64,000 bases of DNA from Candidatus Marinacidobacterales bacterium (GTDB taxonomy: Bacteria; Acidobacteriota; Vicinamibacteria; Marinacidobacterales; DATDRI01), in assembly GCA_965219415.1 (NCBI GenBank), contig CBDCNP010000002.1, positions 800,001-864,000 on the forward strand, written 5' to 3'. This document shows positions 40,767 to 51,760 of this stretch, one piece after another (position 1 is the stretch's first letter; each line of letters starts with the position of its first letter). The position numbers and the translations under genes are program-made. Below the pieces are notes generated by a model. The model saw only the letters and a list, made by a program, of their open reading frames with translations, was not told the origin of the DNA and searched no databases.

Positions 40767-42347
40767 ATGAGAGTGCACCTAATCAACCCCAGCCACATCT
40801 CCTTTGGAATAGGCGTTATAACCCCCCGATGGCTCTTCGTACTTGCGGGCTCGACTCCCCGAGAGTACGGAGACCCGCAGATTGTCGACGAAACACTGGA
40901 GCAAATCGACCCCTCGGACATTCAGCCGGGCGACGTGGTCGGCATTGGCATCCATACCGGCAATGCGCTGCGTGGATACGAGGTCGGTCGATTGGCTCAG
41001 GAACGGGGGGCCTATGTGGTCTATGGAGGCATCCACGCCACGCTTTACCCCGAGGAAGCGCTTGATTTGGGCGGAGCAAGCGGCGTCGTCAAAGGCGACG
41101 GGGACGTCGTATGGGCTACAGTTCTGGCCGACTGCGCGAAGGGAAATCCCAAGAAACTGTACGAAGCGGGAAGGATCGAGGCGGAACACTTCAAGCCCGC
41201 CCGATGGGAATTGATCCCTCGCGACAGCTATATGTGGGCCTCCGTGCAGACGGTGCGCGGGTGTCCCAAGCATTGCTCTTTTTGCTCCGTATGGCGGACG
41301 GACGGCCAAAAACCCCGCCAACGCGCGTCCGACGCCGTCATCGAGGAGATTGTCGAGCTCCGACGGCTCGGGTTTCGTTTCATTGCCCTGGCTGACGACA
41401 ATTTCTACCCGGTTACGTTGGAGGATTTGAGGCTTGCCGAAAGTCGCAACGATCTGAACCGGCTCCAGGAACTCAAATCAATACGTGAAGACCGATTCCA
41501 CTTGATGGCGCAAATGGCCAAGTTGCCCGCCAACATGGTGTTCTTTACTCAGATCACTATGGAGGTAGCCGACGATCCCGAATTTCTGGATGCCATGCGC
41601 AACGCCAACATCAAGGGGGCTCTCGTCGGGGTCGAGTCGGTGACTGCCGAAGGGCTGAAGGCCGTCTACAAGAACTTCAACGCCGCCGGCACAGACTTGG
41701 TACAGCAGCTTCGCACTTTTCGCAAACACGGAGTGCACGTCTTGGGCTCGTTCATCTTTGGTCTACCCACGGACCGTGCGGAGACCTTCGACGCTACCGC
41801 GGCCCTCGCGCAGGAGGCCGATCTGACTTTTGCGCAGTTCGTGATGATGACCCCGTTCCCGGGGACGGTAGATTTCAATAACTGGGAAGCATCGATGAAG
41901 GATGACCCGACGCGCATTGGGGGCTTTCCATTGACCCAACACTGGTTGATTCCTCAGAATCTTCGGCCGAAAATCTACAGCGCTCATCCAGTGCTGTCTC
42001 CGGAGGAGATCAGGGTTCGCACACAGTCGGTTTGGGATCGTTTCTATAGCTTGGGCTCAGTCTGGAAGCGTTCTCGCTGTACTCCGACGTTGCGCGCACG
42101 CCTCGCTTTTGTCTTGCTCTCCAAGCTCTACCGGCAAATGTACGCCAGTACAGGGATTGCGACGGACAGTGCCCGTGTGAACCGGGCGACGACCGCGGCT
42201 AGGTGGATAGCGAAGCCCTGCCGGCGGCTGTTTCACACCGCGCCGATGCCGGAATTGCAGGTACCCAGCGGCACCCAAACTCCCAGTGACCCGGGGGCAG
42301 GCGCGGTCGAAGGCCTCGCAACTCGGTTTGGCAACCACGTTGAATGA
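40767..42347 (+). CDS. Cobalamin-binding radical SAM protein
   Basis: N-terminal B12-binding-type domain ('DVVGIG', 'VVYGGIHAT'), 'RGCPKHCSFC', 'ADDNF', 'GVES', 'SFIFGLP', 'TPFPGT'. Confidence 0.88.
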   Translation: MRVHLINPSHISFGIGVITPRWLFVLAGSTPREYGDPQIVDETLEQIDPSDIQPGDVVGIGIHTGNALRGYEVGRLAQERGAYVVYGGIHATLYPEEALDLGGASGVVKGDGDVVWATVLADCAKGNPKKLYEAGRIEAEHFKPARWELIPRDSYMWASVQTVRGCPKHCSFCSVWRTDGQKPRQRASDAVIEEIVELRRLGFRFIALADDNFYPVTLEDLRLAESRNDLNRLQELKSIREDRFHLMAQMAKLPANMVFFTQITMEVADDPEFLDAMRNANIKGALVGVESVTAEGLKAVYKNFNAAGTDLVQQLRTFRKHGVHVLGSFIFGLPTDRAETFDATAALAQEADLTFAQFVMMTPFPGTVDFNNWEASMKDDPTRIGGFPLTQHWLIPQNLRPKIYSAHPVLSPEEIRVRTQSVWDRFYSLGSVWKRSRCTPTLRARLAFVLLSKLYRQMYASTGIATDSARVNRATTAARWIAKPCRRLFHTAPMPELQVPSGTQTPSDPGAGAVEGLATRFGNHVE

Positions 42348-42478
42348 CGGCCAAAATGCTCCAAGACTTGCGACTGCTTCCGTCAAGCCCTCAGTCCAGT
42401 TTGCGCCGGCCCCGCCTGCAGACTATATTCAAACGGAAACGGGTCTCAGGTTGACCAAAGGCCCTAAAATCCAACGCC

Positions 42479-43540
42479 ATGGGGCTTCCCTTCGCTGCGC
42501 GCGGGTCCTCCCTTCTAATCGTGCTCACCTGTGCCTTCGTACCTGCCTGCTCAGGAGTTGAGGCTGAACCGCCAGACGACCAGACTCCCCTCACCACACA
42601 CAAACTCGTCGTGAGGCAAGGCACGTTCGTCCAGACCGTGCTCCTAACCGGAGAGCTTCAGGCGGTTCGTGCCGATTCCATCAAGGTGCCTAACACACCC
42701 ACGTGGAACGTTCGCATTCGCTGGATGGACGAGGACGGCGCAACCGTCAAAGCGGGACAGAAGATACTCGAGTTCGACAACGCGGCGTTCGTAGCCGAGC
42801 TCGAGGACAAGAAGCTGGGGGCAGCCAAAGCAGAGAAGGCATACCTTCAGCAGGGCGCTCAGAGCAAAGCCGAAACCGCGGAAAAAAACTTTCTGGTCCA
42901 AAAGCAGAAGGCCGAGCTCGAGAAAGCCCGGCTCGATGCCAGGGTTCCCAAGGAGGTTGTGTTCACTCCGCGACTACCAAGACAAACAGCTCGCTCTGCA
43001 GCGAGCGGAGACGGAGTACGTGAAGGCGGCGAAAGATCTCGAAGCGCAGCGGAGGGGCGCTCGCGAGGAGCTGGCGATAAGACGCGCCGAGCTGGACAAG
43101 TCCTTGCACGATATCCGAGTTGCGGAAAAAGCCATCGAGGACTTGACTCTCTACGCCCCTCGCGACGGGATTCTCGTTGTCGGGGAAATCCCCTGGGAGC
43201 GCCGACGCCTGGAGGTCGGCGACACCGTTTGGCTCGGCATGGAAGTGATGACGATCCCCGATCTTAATGCGATGCAAGTCACCGCCTCACTCTCCGACGT
43301 CGACGCAGGGCTAGTCGACGTTTGAATGCCGGTCGAAGTGGTTCTCGACACATATCCAGAGAACCAATTCCGAGGAGTGGTGACCAGCGTCACCACCGTC
43401 GCACAAGAAACCGGGCCTCGGACGCTGCGCAGGGCTTTTCACGTCACCGTTAGTCTGGACGAAACAGATCCTGAGCGAATGCGGCCCGGGATGTCGGTGA
43501 AAGCGCAAGTTCAGAGGGTCTTAGGGAGGGAGATATACTC
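42479..43540 (+). pseudogene. HlyD/membrane-fusion protein 1 (frameshift near 42962, TGA at 43323-43325)
   Basis: 'GATVKAGQKILEFD', 'TLYAPRDG', 'VDV*MPVEVVLDTYP', 'MRPGMSV'; 3' end approximate. Confidence 0.75.
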
Positions 43541-43562
43541 CGGGGCTCACAGAGCTAACGAT

Positions 43563-44808
43563 ATGTTGAGGTTTCCCATCGGATTGTCACGTCGAACGCT
43601 CGCGCTCGGTATCGCGAGCGTCGCTTTTTTCCTCGCCGCTCTCTCTGGCATCGCTCATCTCGTTGAGGGGACCGGACCGGACTGGACCACCATCGAACGG
43701 ACCGACTTGAGCCTAACGGTCGACGTCTCGGAGAGACTGCAGGCGGTCTACTCTCAGGCGCTGGGACCGCCGGCGGTCAAGTGGATGTGGGAGTTCCAGA
43801 TCGAGGACATGGCGCCCGAGGGTTCGGAAGTGGAAAAAGGTGAGGTCGTGCTGGCATTCGATACGACGGAGCTCGAGCGCCGGCTACAGGAGATCACGGC
43901 CGCATACGACTCCGCGCGGAAGGAGCTCGAGAAGAAAGAAGCAGGTATTGCGATCCAGCGGAGGAACCACGCCCTCCGGATGGCAGAGGCGAAGGCGAAT
44001 CGCCAAAAGGCAGCGCTCAAGCTGGACCGGCCCCGCCAGTTCGTCGCGGCGAACGAGCTCGCGAAGGTCCGTATCGACCTGGATACGTTTGAGAAAGAGA
44101 TCGCCTATTTGCAGGATCGGGAGAAGTCTCTCGAAGTCGCCTTCGAGGCAGAAACCGCGGTACTCCGCGGAGAGCGGGATCGAGTCGCAGGGAGACTTCA
44201 AGAGATCAAGGCCGCCATCACAGCGATGGCGGTCAAAGCACCCCGGAGTGGAACGGTCATCCATACGACGGACGGCCGGGGCGAAAAGAAAAAAGTCGGG
44301 GATCCGTGCTGGCGGGCAGAAAGAGTGCTCGAGATCCCCGACTTGACCAAAATGACGGCCGAAGGCGAGGTTGACGAAGTCGACGCCGGGAAACTAGCGG
44401 TAGGCCAAAGCGTTAAGCTTCGTCTCGAGGCCTAACCCCGACGCCGAGATTACCGGGCGCGTCGAGTCGATCTCCGCAACCGTGGGTCGACCATCGCGTC
44501 GCTCGCCGCTCAAGATCATCCGAGTCCGCATACGCCTGGACGAGAGCGATCCGCTGAGAATGCGACCGGAGATGCGTTTCCGCGGAACGATCGAAGTCGA
44601 GCGAATTCGCAGCGCACTGGTCGTCGCCAAGGACGCTGTAGTGAACACACCGGGCGGCCCCGTGGTTCGCCGGCGCCGGTTCACGGGTCTTCAAACCATT
44701 CCGGTAACCTTGGGGCGTAGCACCGCAGAGCTGGTCGAGATCCTACCGACCGAGAGGCCTTCCATGATCGGGTGCTTCGCGTGGCTCCGCCCTCGCGCCT
44801 GTGGATAA
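43563..44808 (+). pseudogene. HlyD/membrane-fusion protein 2 (frameshift near 44433)
   Basis: 'APEGSEVEKGEVVLAFD', 'VKAPRSG', 'LRLEA' shifting to 'PDAEITGRV', 'MRPEMRF'. Confidence 0.75.
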
Positions 44809-46092
44809 TGAGTGTTCGGGCGAAGAGACTTGGCGCCTGGGGGCTCGGTTCCCTCCTGTTCTTGGTCTCAGGTGCTACCTGGCTGGGGGCGCTCGCTCGA
44901 GAGCGAAAACATCCCGACTATCACGGTCACGCGAACCGCGTTCGTCCATCAGGTCACGGCCGAGGGAGTCTTGAAGGCGGTCCGTTCGACTCCGCTGACG
45001 GTGCCGCAGGAAACACAAGGTCCGACGAAGATCGCATGGTTGATGGAAGACGGAGCTCATGTCCGGTCTGGCGATGTCGTCGTCCGCTTCGATCCGACGG
45101 AGCTCGAGAATCAGCTCATTGATGGCAGCGTGACCCTCTCGACGTCGGAGAGCCAGCTCAGCAAAAAGGAGGTCGAGTCCGGTGCCACGATGAGCAAATT
45201 GGTGGAGGACGAGAAGCTCGCGCGGTCGGAGCTCCAAATGGCGCTGGAGTTTCAAAGCAAGGATCCGGACATTTTTTCGCGCATCGAGATCATCGAATCG
45301 GAAATCGACGAGAAATTGGCAGAAAAGCGTGTTCACCATGCCGAGGACTCCTTGGCGGCACACCGACAGTTGGCCGAAACAGAAATGGACCTGCTATCCA
45401 TCGAGCTGCGCAAGGCCCAGCAGAAGATCGACCATGCACAAAAGGGACTCGCCGCCCTCGAAGTGATAGCACCGCACGACGGCGTTGCTATCTTCAAGCG
45501 GGATTGGCATGGCAATCCAAAACGGGTTGGTGACGTGGTCATGCGAGGTGAACCATTGGCAGAGATTCCCTCGCTCGACGAGATGGAGGCCGAGGTCTTC
45601 GTGCTCGAGGCCGACGCCGGAGGACTCGCCGTTGGACGCCCCGCAGAAGTCGTTCTGGCATCCAACGGCGGAGCCGTCTACCCCGGTGAGATTCGAACGG
45701 TCGATGCCCTGCCCAAACCGAGGATGCGGGGCGTTCCACTCCAGTACTTCTCCGTCACGGTCAAACTGGACCAGACTGATCCCAGCGTGATGAAGCCCGG
45801 GCAAAGGGTCCGCGCGACGCTGACTTTGGAGGAGCGGGAGGAAGCCCTCGTCGTCCCTCGGCAGGCGGTGTTCGATATCGAAACACAGCGAGTCGTCTAC
45901 GTTCTTCGCGGTGGCAATTTCGAAGCGGTCGAAGTCTCACTCGGTCCCACCTCCCTGGGACGGATCGTGATCGAGAGTGGCTTGCAGACAGGCGACCTCG
46001 TCGCGCTTCGAGATCCGGCCGAGCCTACCGGCGAGGGCAGAGCTACTGCCGACGAAGAAAAGGACAAACTGCCCTCGACACCTCCGCGATGA
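44808..46092 (+). pseudogene. HlyD/membrane-fusion protein 3 (frameshift near 44890 after the N-terminal anchor)
   Basis: ATG 44808 MSVRAKRLGAWGLGSLLFLV shifting to 'ENIPTITV', 'GDVVVRFD', 'IAPHDG', 'MKPGQRV'. Confidence 0.75.
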
Positions 46093-47324
46093 ACTTCGAA
46101 GAGACTGTGCGCGATGCGCTAGACAGTCTATCCGCGCGCAAGCTCCGCGCCGGCTTGAGCATGCTGGGGATGATTTTCGGAGTCGGTGCGGTCATTGCCA
46201 TGCTCTCGATCGGAGAGGGAGCGGAAAGGCAGGCGCTGGAGTCCATAGAGAGGCTCGGTCTCCGCAACATCTTGGTCCAGTCGAAACAAATAGCGCGAGA
46301 GGATTTGGAAGAGATTCGCAAGAAATCTCCCGGACTATCCCCCAGGGACATGGATGCCATCCTCGAAGCGATTCCAGGCGTCGAAAGAGTCGAGCCACGT
46401 GTCCGGGTGGACCCCTACAAGATCTTGTCTAGGGATGGGAAGGCGGACGCCGATGTACTCGGCGTCTCCCATCGCCACGACGAATGGGCCCATCTCGCCC
46501 TCGCCGAGGGCCGCTTCCTCGACAAGCTGGATGAGGAAACGCACGCACAGGTCGCCGTCATCGGAGCAAACGTGCGGCGCGATCTGTTCGGTTACCGGCC
46601 CGCCGTGGGTAGCCAACTCAAGGTAAACGACGTGTGGCTGGAGGTGGTCGGCGTGCTTCGCCCCGAAGGTGAAGGAGCTAGCAACGTCGACGCTGCTACG
46701 TTGAGGTCGACCACTTTAGAAATCTATCTCCCCTATACGACCGCTCTTCGAAAATTCGAACATGACGCCCTCGATCCCCCTCTGGACTAAATCGTGGTCC
46801 GAGTGCGCGAGGGCGTTTCTTCCTGGCAGACGGCAGCAGTCGTTGAGCCACTACTCGACCTTTTGCACGGTGGCGAAGACGACTACGAGATTGTGGTTCC
46901 CGCGGGTCTTTTGGAACAGAGTCGGCGCACGCAACGACTCTTCAAGATCGTGATGGGCTCGATCGCCGGGATCTCGCTCGTCGTAGGCGGCATCGGCATC
47001 ATGAACATCATGCTCGCCAGTGTGTTGGAAAGAACCCGCGAGATTAGTCTCCGTCGTGCAGTTGGCGCGAGGCAGCGGGATATCCGATACCAGTTTCTAA
47101 TTGAGTCCTTCGTGATCAGCCTGCTGGGCGGAGTGACTGGAATCGCGCTCGGCATGGCGCTGGCGCAGATTGTCGCACACTATGCTGGCTGGCCGACGAT
47201 CGTGACCTGGTGGTCTATCGTTCTTTCGACGGGAGTCTCTGTCTCGGTCGGACTGGCCTCAGGTTTTTATCCGGCCTCGCGTGCTGCCGAGTTGAATCCG
47301 CTCGAAGCCCTCGGACGTGCTTGA
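46089..47324 (+). pseudogene. MacB-type ABC permease with internal TAA (46788-46790)
   Basis: 'LSMLGMIFGVGAVIAMLSIGEG', 'PLD*IVVRV', 'SLVVGGIGIMNIMLASVLERTREI', 'YPASRAAELNP'. Confidence 0.85.
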
Positions 47325-47432
47325 TCGGCGCTTTGAACTAGAGGATGGTTAGTTCTCCCTGTCTGGCTTGGTTCAGATTGGCAACAACGTTGAACGACCG
47401 CCGAATCTTGGCCGCTATCCGGCCGCAAGCAT

Positions 47433-47957
47433 TCAGTGGCCGTGCTTGAGAAGCTGGTCGATCTGAGACACCGCCGTGTCCAATCGCTCGGCGTGTGTGC
47501 CACGGATCTCGACATGAGTCAGGCCGCGATCCACCAGGGCCCGACGGAAGAGCTCGTGCATCTCCTCCCGCCGGGCGCCGCGATCGCGTTGCTCTCCGTC
47601 CGGAGTCCATGGAACGTCGATGCCGGCTAGCAGGTAAAGGTCTGCCGCCCGCTTCTCGAAAGCCTCCTCGATCCACTGAGGGCAGTCGCCGTAGTAGTGG
47701 CGGTTATAGACGATGGCGCTGAGCAGGTCGGTATCTTGGATCAGCAGGCTGGAAGCCTCGGCGGTTTGGTTATCCTCGAGGGCCATCTGGCCACGTGCGA
47801 TGGCCTCGACATCTTCGTACTCGGGAGCGGCGCCCTTGTCGATCACGAACTGGCGTGCGAACTCCGGAACCCAAGCCGTGTCATAGTGCGTGGCGAGTGC
47901 CTCGGCGAGGGTCGTCTTGCCGGTGCACTCGGAGCCCGTCACCACGACGCGGATCAT
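47433..47957 (-). CDS. NadR-type (ribosylnicotinamide kinase-like) P-loop kinase
   Basis: MIRVVVTGSECTGKTTL, 'PEFAR', 'IQDTD', 'DVPWTPDG.QRD'; ATG overlaps the pnuC stop. Confidence 0.85.
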   Translation of the reverse strand: MIRVVVTGSECTGKTTLAEALATHYDTAWVPEFARQFVIDKGAAPEYEDVEAIARGQMALEDNQTAEASSLLIQDTDLLSAIVYNRHYYGDCPQWIEEAFEKRAADLYLLAGIDVPWTPDGEQRDRGARREEMHELFRRALVDRGLTHVEIRGTHAERLDTAVSQIDQLLKHGH

Positions 47958-48517
47958 CACGTGCCCCGCATCGACCGTCGCCACTGGATGAAACCCATAG
48001 CGGCCAGCACAAGAAAGACCGCGTACAGTCCCGCCGTGAGGTAGAGGTCCTTGTACAGGAACATGCCGACGTAGAAGACGTCCACCGCAAGCCAGACCAG
48101 CCAGGATTCGAGCAGCTTTCGAGTCTGCATCCACTGAGCGGCAATGCTGAACGAGGTGAGCATCGAGTCCATGAAAGGTAGCGACGCGTTGGTGAAACGT
48201 GTCAGGGTCTGGCCCAGCAGCACGCTGGCGAGCGTCCCGACCACAAAGAGCACGATACGGGTCCGACTCGACGTCAGCGAAACCTCCAGCTCGCCGTGAT
48301 CCTCACCGCCGTGCCACCATGCCCACCAGCCGTACGCGGCCAGCGCGAAGTACAAACCCTGTAGCCCCATATCGGCGTAGAGCCGGGCGTCGCGGAAGAC
48401 GACTGCGTAGAGGGTGACGCTGACCATGGCCAGCGGCCAGCACCAAATGATCTGGCGGGCCGTCAGGTAGACGGCCGTTAGAGTGAGGACGACGGCTACC
48501 AGTTCGAGGGAAAACAC
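47957..48517 (-). CDS. pnuC: PnuC-family transporter, probably thiamine-specific (PnuT)
   Basis: 'WCWP', 'LYADMGLQ', 'YGWWAW', 'DSMLTSFSIAAQWM..RK.LESW'. Confidence 0.88.
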   Translation of the reverse strand: MFSLELVAVVLTLTAVYLTARQIIWCWPLAMVSVTLYAVVFRDARLYADMGLQGLYFALAAYGWWAWWHGGEDHGELEVSLTSSRTRIVLFVVGTLASVLLGQTLTRFTNASLPFMDSMLTSFSIAAQWMQTRKLLESWLVWLAVDVFYVGMFLYKDLYLTAGLYAVFLVLAAMGFIQWRRSMRGT

Positions 48518-48523
48518 GACCCC

Positions 48524-50863
48524 CTAGAAGCCAAGCTCCAGCGAGACGACGAAGTTGCGCGTGGCCAAGGGATAGTAAAAAGGGATGCCGTCGAGCGTGT
48601 CCATGCCAGCGCTGTCCCGAACGAGGAATTGATAACTGTATCCGCTGGGAAGCTGATCGAGACTATTCAGCAGGTTGTTAACGAACAGCGTGATGCTCAC
48701 GTCGGTTCCTTGCCACCAGCGACCCAGACTTTGCGAGGCTCGCAAGTCCAAGTTGGTGAACGATGGTGTCTGGAAATCGGCAAGCCCGGTATTGTCCAAG
48801 TGGGATGTGGCTACGTAGCGACCCAGGAGACCAATGCTGGTATCGCTATTGGCCCATTCGACGCCGAGATTGAAGATAAGCTCGGGGGTCAACAATGGCG
48901 GCACGTCTAGGTAAGTGATGGGCTCGCTTCCAATCCACGCTCCCTGCTCGTCAAAGACATCGTAGAACTGTGTCCATTCGCTGATGCGGTTGCGGCTCAC
49001 GTTCAGGCTGTGGACGACCGACCAGTCCGGTACCGGTACCCACTTGAGATCGACTTCGATCCCACGACGGTACGACCTCTCGACATTGCGCCGTAATGGC
49101 AGGCCAACCTCGGACAGCTCGCCGGTCAAGGCGATCTCGTTCCGGAACTCCATCAGATAGACATTAGCCTGTAGGCCCCACCGGGCGGTGTTGAGATTGA
49201 CGCCGCCTTCGAAGTTGACCACCGACTCGGGTTTCACCGCTTCGAGATCGTGCGGAATGCTGGCGTTGTCCTCACCCAACAATAGATCGAGCCGCGCCGG
49301 CTCGCGCTGTGCCCTCCCGATCGAGCCATAGAGACTCAAGCCGGGCGCGAGGATTTGCCTTACGCCCACCTTGGGGTCGAGAAAGTTCCAGTCGACCGAG
49401 GCCAAATCGACATCCCCGTCGTAAGAAAAACCGGCCCAGCGCCAGTGGAGGTCGCCGAACAGAATCGTTTGCCCAAGCCGATACTCCAGCTTGCCGAATG
49501 CGTTCGCGGTCTCCTTGAAGCCGGTGTTCTTGTAAATCCGACCTCCAGACTCGCTGTCGAGAAAATGGTCACCGGCGAAGTCGTTGTAATGCACACCCAA
49601 CGTCGCCGACAGATTGTCGGCGCTGGTGCTGACGGTAACCATGCTGCCGAAGAATCCCTGGTCAACGCCGAATCGGAGCAGGTCGTTCTGCGCCACCGGG
49701 TCGTCCCAGAGTTGGAACCATCCATCGGCACCGTTGTAATAGAACGACGCGGTCAGCAATGTCTCGCGGCCCAGGTCTCGCATGTACTTGAGCTGTGCGA
49801 AGTCTTGGCCGAAGTTGTCGCGGTCTTCCTCGGTAAGCGGGTTGAAGCGCCGGTTCTCGCGGAGCGCATCCGGTTCGACGGCGAGGTAGGCGAGCTGGGA
49901 CTCCTCGTTGCCGGAGAACGCAACCAGTGTCAGGGACGACCGCTCTCCCTGCCATCCCGCGTTCAGAGAGAAGGTGTGATGCTCGGTGCCGGAGCGTTCA
50001 CGATAGCCGTCAGATTTGGCGTAAGAGAAACGTCCAGAAGCGTAGAGCCCATTTTCGAAGAGACCGGACTCGTAGCCGATAGAGCCACGCGCGGTGTTGT
50101 AGGAGCCCAGTACTAGCCGAGCCTCGCCGCGGTGGTCTCGAGCCGGCGGCCGGCTTGCGAAGTTCACCGAGCCGCCGTAAGCGGGCGAGCCCACCGACGA
50201 GGTGCCGACGCCGCGTTGAATTTGGATGCTGTCGATGCCGCTCAGGAAGTCGTGGAAATTGTTGAAGAACAGAGCGTGCTCCGCCGGGTCGTTGAGCGGC
50301 GCGCCGTCATAGGTCATGCTGATGCGAGTCTGTTGGATGCCGCGCATACTGAAGTACGAGTAATTGGCGCCGACGCCCGAGTCCGAGTACCAGTTCATCG
50401 AGGGAGTGTGCTCCAGCAGCTCAGGAACATCTTGCCCGTAGCTGAATTTTTCGATCTCTTCGCGGTCCATGTTGCGCTTGGTCACCGGAACCTCTTCCCC
50501 AGCTCGAACACCGATGACCGTAACAGACTCTTCGACCGAAGTTACCCATTCGAGCCGGAGCTCGAGCTCGAGACCCTGCGAGGCAACGAGCGCGCGGTGG
50601 CGCAACAGCCGATAGGCGGGGTGTGAAACTCGGAGCTCCCACTCGCCCGGTGGCAGCGAGAGTTGAAAGCTTCCGTTCTCGTCGGTGGTAACGGGCCCTC
50701 GGCCACTTATCTCGATGCGCGCTGTCGCGACGGGCTCGCCGGTGGGAGCAAGAACCACGCCCTCCACAGGAATCGTTGCCTGCGCTTCCCCTCGTGGCAC
50801 GACAACCACTACGAGCATCGCGGCGAGAAAGAGTTGGTTGATTTGGGTGCCGAACATCGTCAT
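48524..50863 (-). CDS. TonB-dependent receptor, probably for thiamine
   Basis: Plug 'SMRG..QTRI', 'IQIQRGVGTS', C-terminal Phe; directly downstream of a TPP riboswitch. Confidence 0.85.
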   Translation of the reverse strand: MTMFGTQINQLFLAAMLVVVVVPRGEAQATIPVEGVVLAPTGEPVATARIEISGRGPVTTDENGSFQLSLPPGEWELRVSHPAYRLLRHRALVASQGLELELRLEWVTSVEESVTVIGVRAGEEVPVTKRNMDREEIEKFSYGQDVPELLEHTPSMNWYSDSGVGANYSYFSMRGIQQTRISMTYDGAPLNDPAEHALFFNNFHDFLSGIDSIQIQRGVGTSSVGSPAYGGSVNFASRPPARDHRGEARLVLGSYNTARGSIGYESGLFENGLYASGRFSYAKSDGYRERSGTEHHTFSLNAGWQGERSSLTLVAFSGNEESQLAYLAVEPDALRENRRFNPLTEEDRDNFGQDFAQLKYMRDLGRETLLTASFYYNGADGWFQLWDDPVAQNDLLRFGVDQGFFGSMVTVSTSADNLSATLGVHYNDFAGDHFLDSESGGRIYKNTGFKETANAFGKLEYRLGQTILFGDLHWRWAGFSYDGDVDLASVDWNFLDPKVGVRQILAPGLSLYGSIGRAQREPARLDLLLGEDNASIPHDLEAVKPESVVNFEGGVNLNTARWGLQANVYLMEFRNEIALTGELSEVGLPLRRNVERSYRRGIEVDLKWVPVPDWSVVHSLNVSRNRISEWTQFYDVFDEQGAWIGSEPITYLDVPPLLTPELIFNLGVEWANSDTSIGLLGRYVATSHLDNTGLADFQTPSFTNLDLRASQSLGRWWQGTDVSITLFVNNLLNSLDQLPSGYSYQFLVRDSAGMDTLDGIPFYYPLATRNFVVSLELGF

Positions 50864-50934
50864 TCTCCCTAACGCGGGAGATGACCGACTCGTTCGAGAT
50901 TGCCGGTCTTCCGAGGTGCTAGAAGAGCCAGCTG

Positions 50935-51006
50935 CCGTTCCCTACGCCGGTATCAACCGGATCAGGTTCCGAGGGTTTGCTCTCAGGCCGAGCGGCCACC
51001 CCTAGG
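50935..51006 (-). ncRNA. TPP riboswitch
   Basis: Minus strand TAGGGGTG...CTGAGA..AAACCC..GAACCTGATCCGGTTGATACCGGCGTAGGGAA. Confidence 0.95.
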
Positions 51007-51104
51007 CGTATCTTCAGACACTAGCCTCTCGCTTTCGGCGCGACAAGTCAAGCGGGCACGGAGCGACGGAGCGGGCAGCCCCGCGCCGGCCCATCGACTA
51101 AGCG

Positions 51105-51745
51105 CTAAGCCAGAGTGGCGGCCGGGTCTCGGTAGATCTCCTGAACGCGCTCTACAAGCTTTCCCAAAGCCGCGCCGTCGATGAAGATGTGATTGACCTG
51201 CATTCCGACCGGCACCGAGAGACGATTGTCTTGTTCGGAATGCTGGCCGAAAGCAATTTTGGGCTCTTGCTCCGTGGGGCCCATCACAGGGTGTGTGACC
51301 CCGGTGAAGCGCAACTTGGGCGCGGCCGTGAAGAAGACGTAGTTGAAGTCGTCGGGGGGCTTGGTCTGGAGCGCGCTCTTGGCTTGCTCCAAAACGGGCT
51401 TAGCGCGCTCATTGAAACGCCAAACGTCGGGGTCGTAACGAAAATAGGCCAAGCTGAACATTCCGCCTGGAGCGGGTAGCGTAAGCCCAAGCTGAAGCTC
51501 ATCGTAGAGCACGATCCGATCCTCGACGGGGCGATAGCGGAAGTCCTCGATCTCCTGCATGGCGCGGGCAAAGAAGTAGCACGAGTTGAGGTATATCGGT
51601 ATATCGGTAGCTCGTGCTTGCGAGTGAAATCTCTAAGACCCGTAATATCGGTGTCGACGGTGACAGCATAGATAGGAAATTCAAAACCACGGAAATAATC
51701 GAAGAGCGGTTGCCGGTAGTAGGAATCCACCAAACGGTAGCCCAT
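51105..51745 (-). pseudogene. CatA-like O-acetyltransferase broken by an 8-bp duplication
   Basis: 'RQPLFDYFR', 'VTVDTDIT', 'PKIAFG', 'QVNHIFIDG'; GTATATCG is duplicated at 51591-51606. Confidence 0.75.
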
Positions 51746-51760
51746 GGCCTACCCTTGCAG

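Noticed and set aside
11862-43325. Global UGA reassignment (genetic code 4 or 25) suggested by four in-frame TGAs
   Set aside because: The TGAs align to different residues (Cys, Trp, Leu/Ile, Gly), in-frame TAA also occurs, and intact genes such as gpmA, pgk and secG end in TGA.
43326-44435. 369-aa ORF as a single gene
   Set aside because: It is a chimera of the tail of adaptor 1 and the head of adaptor 2, produced by lesions.
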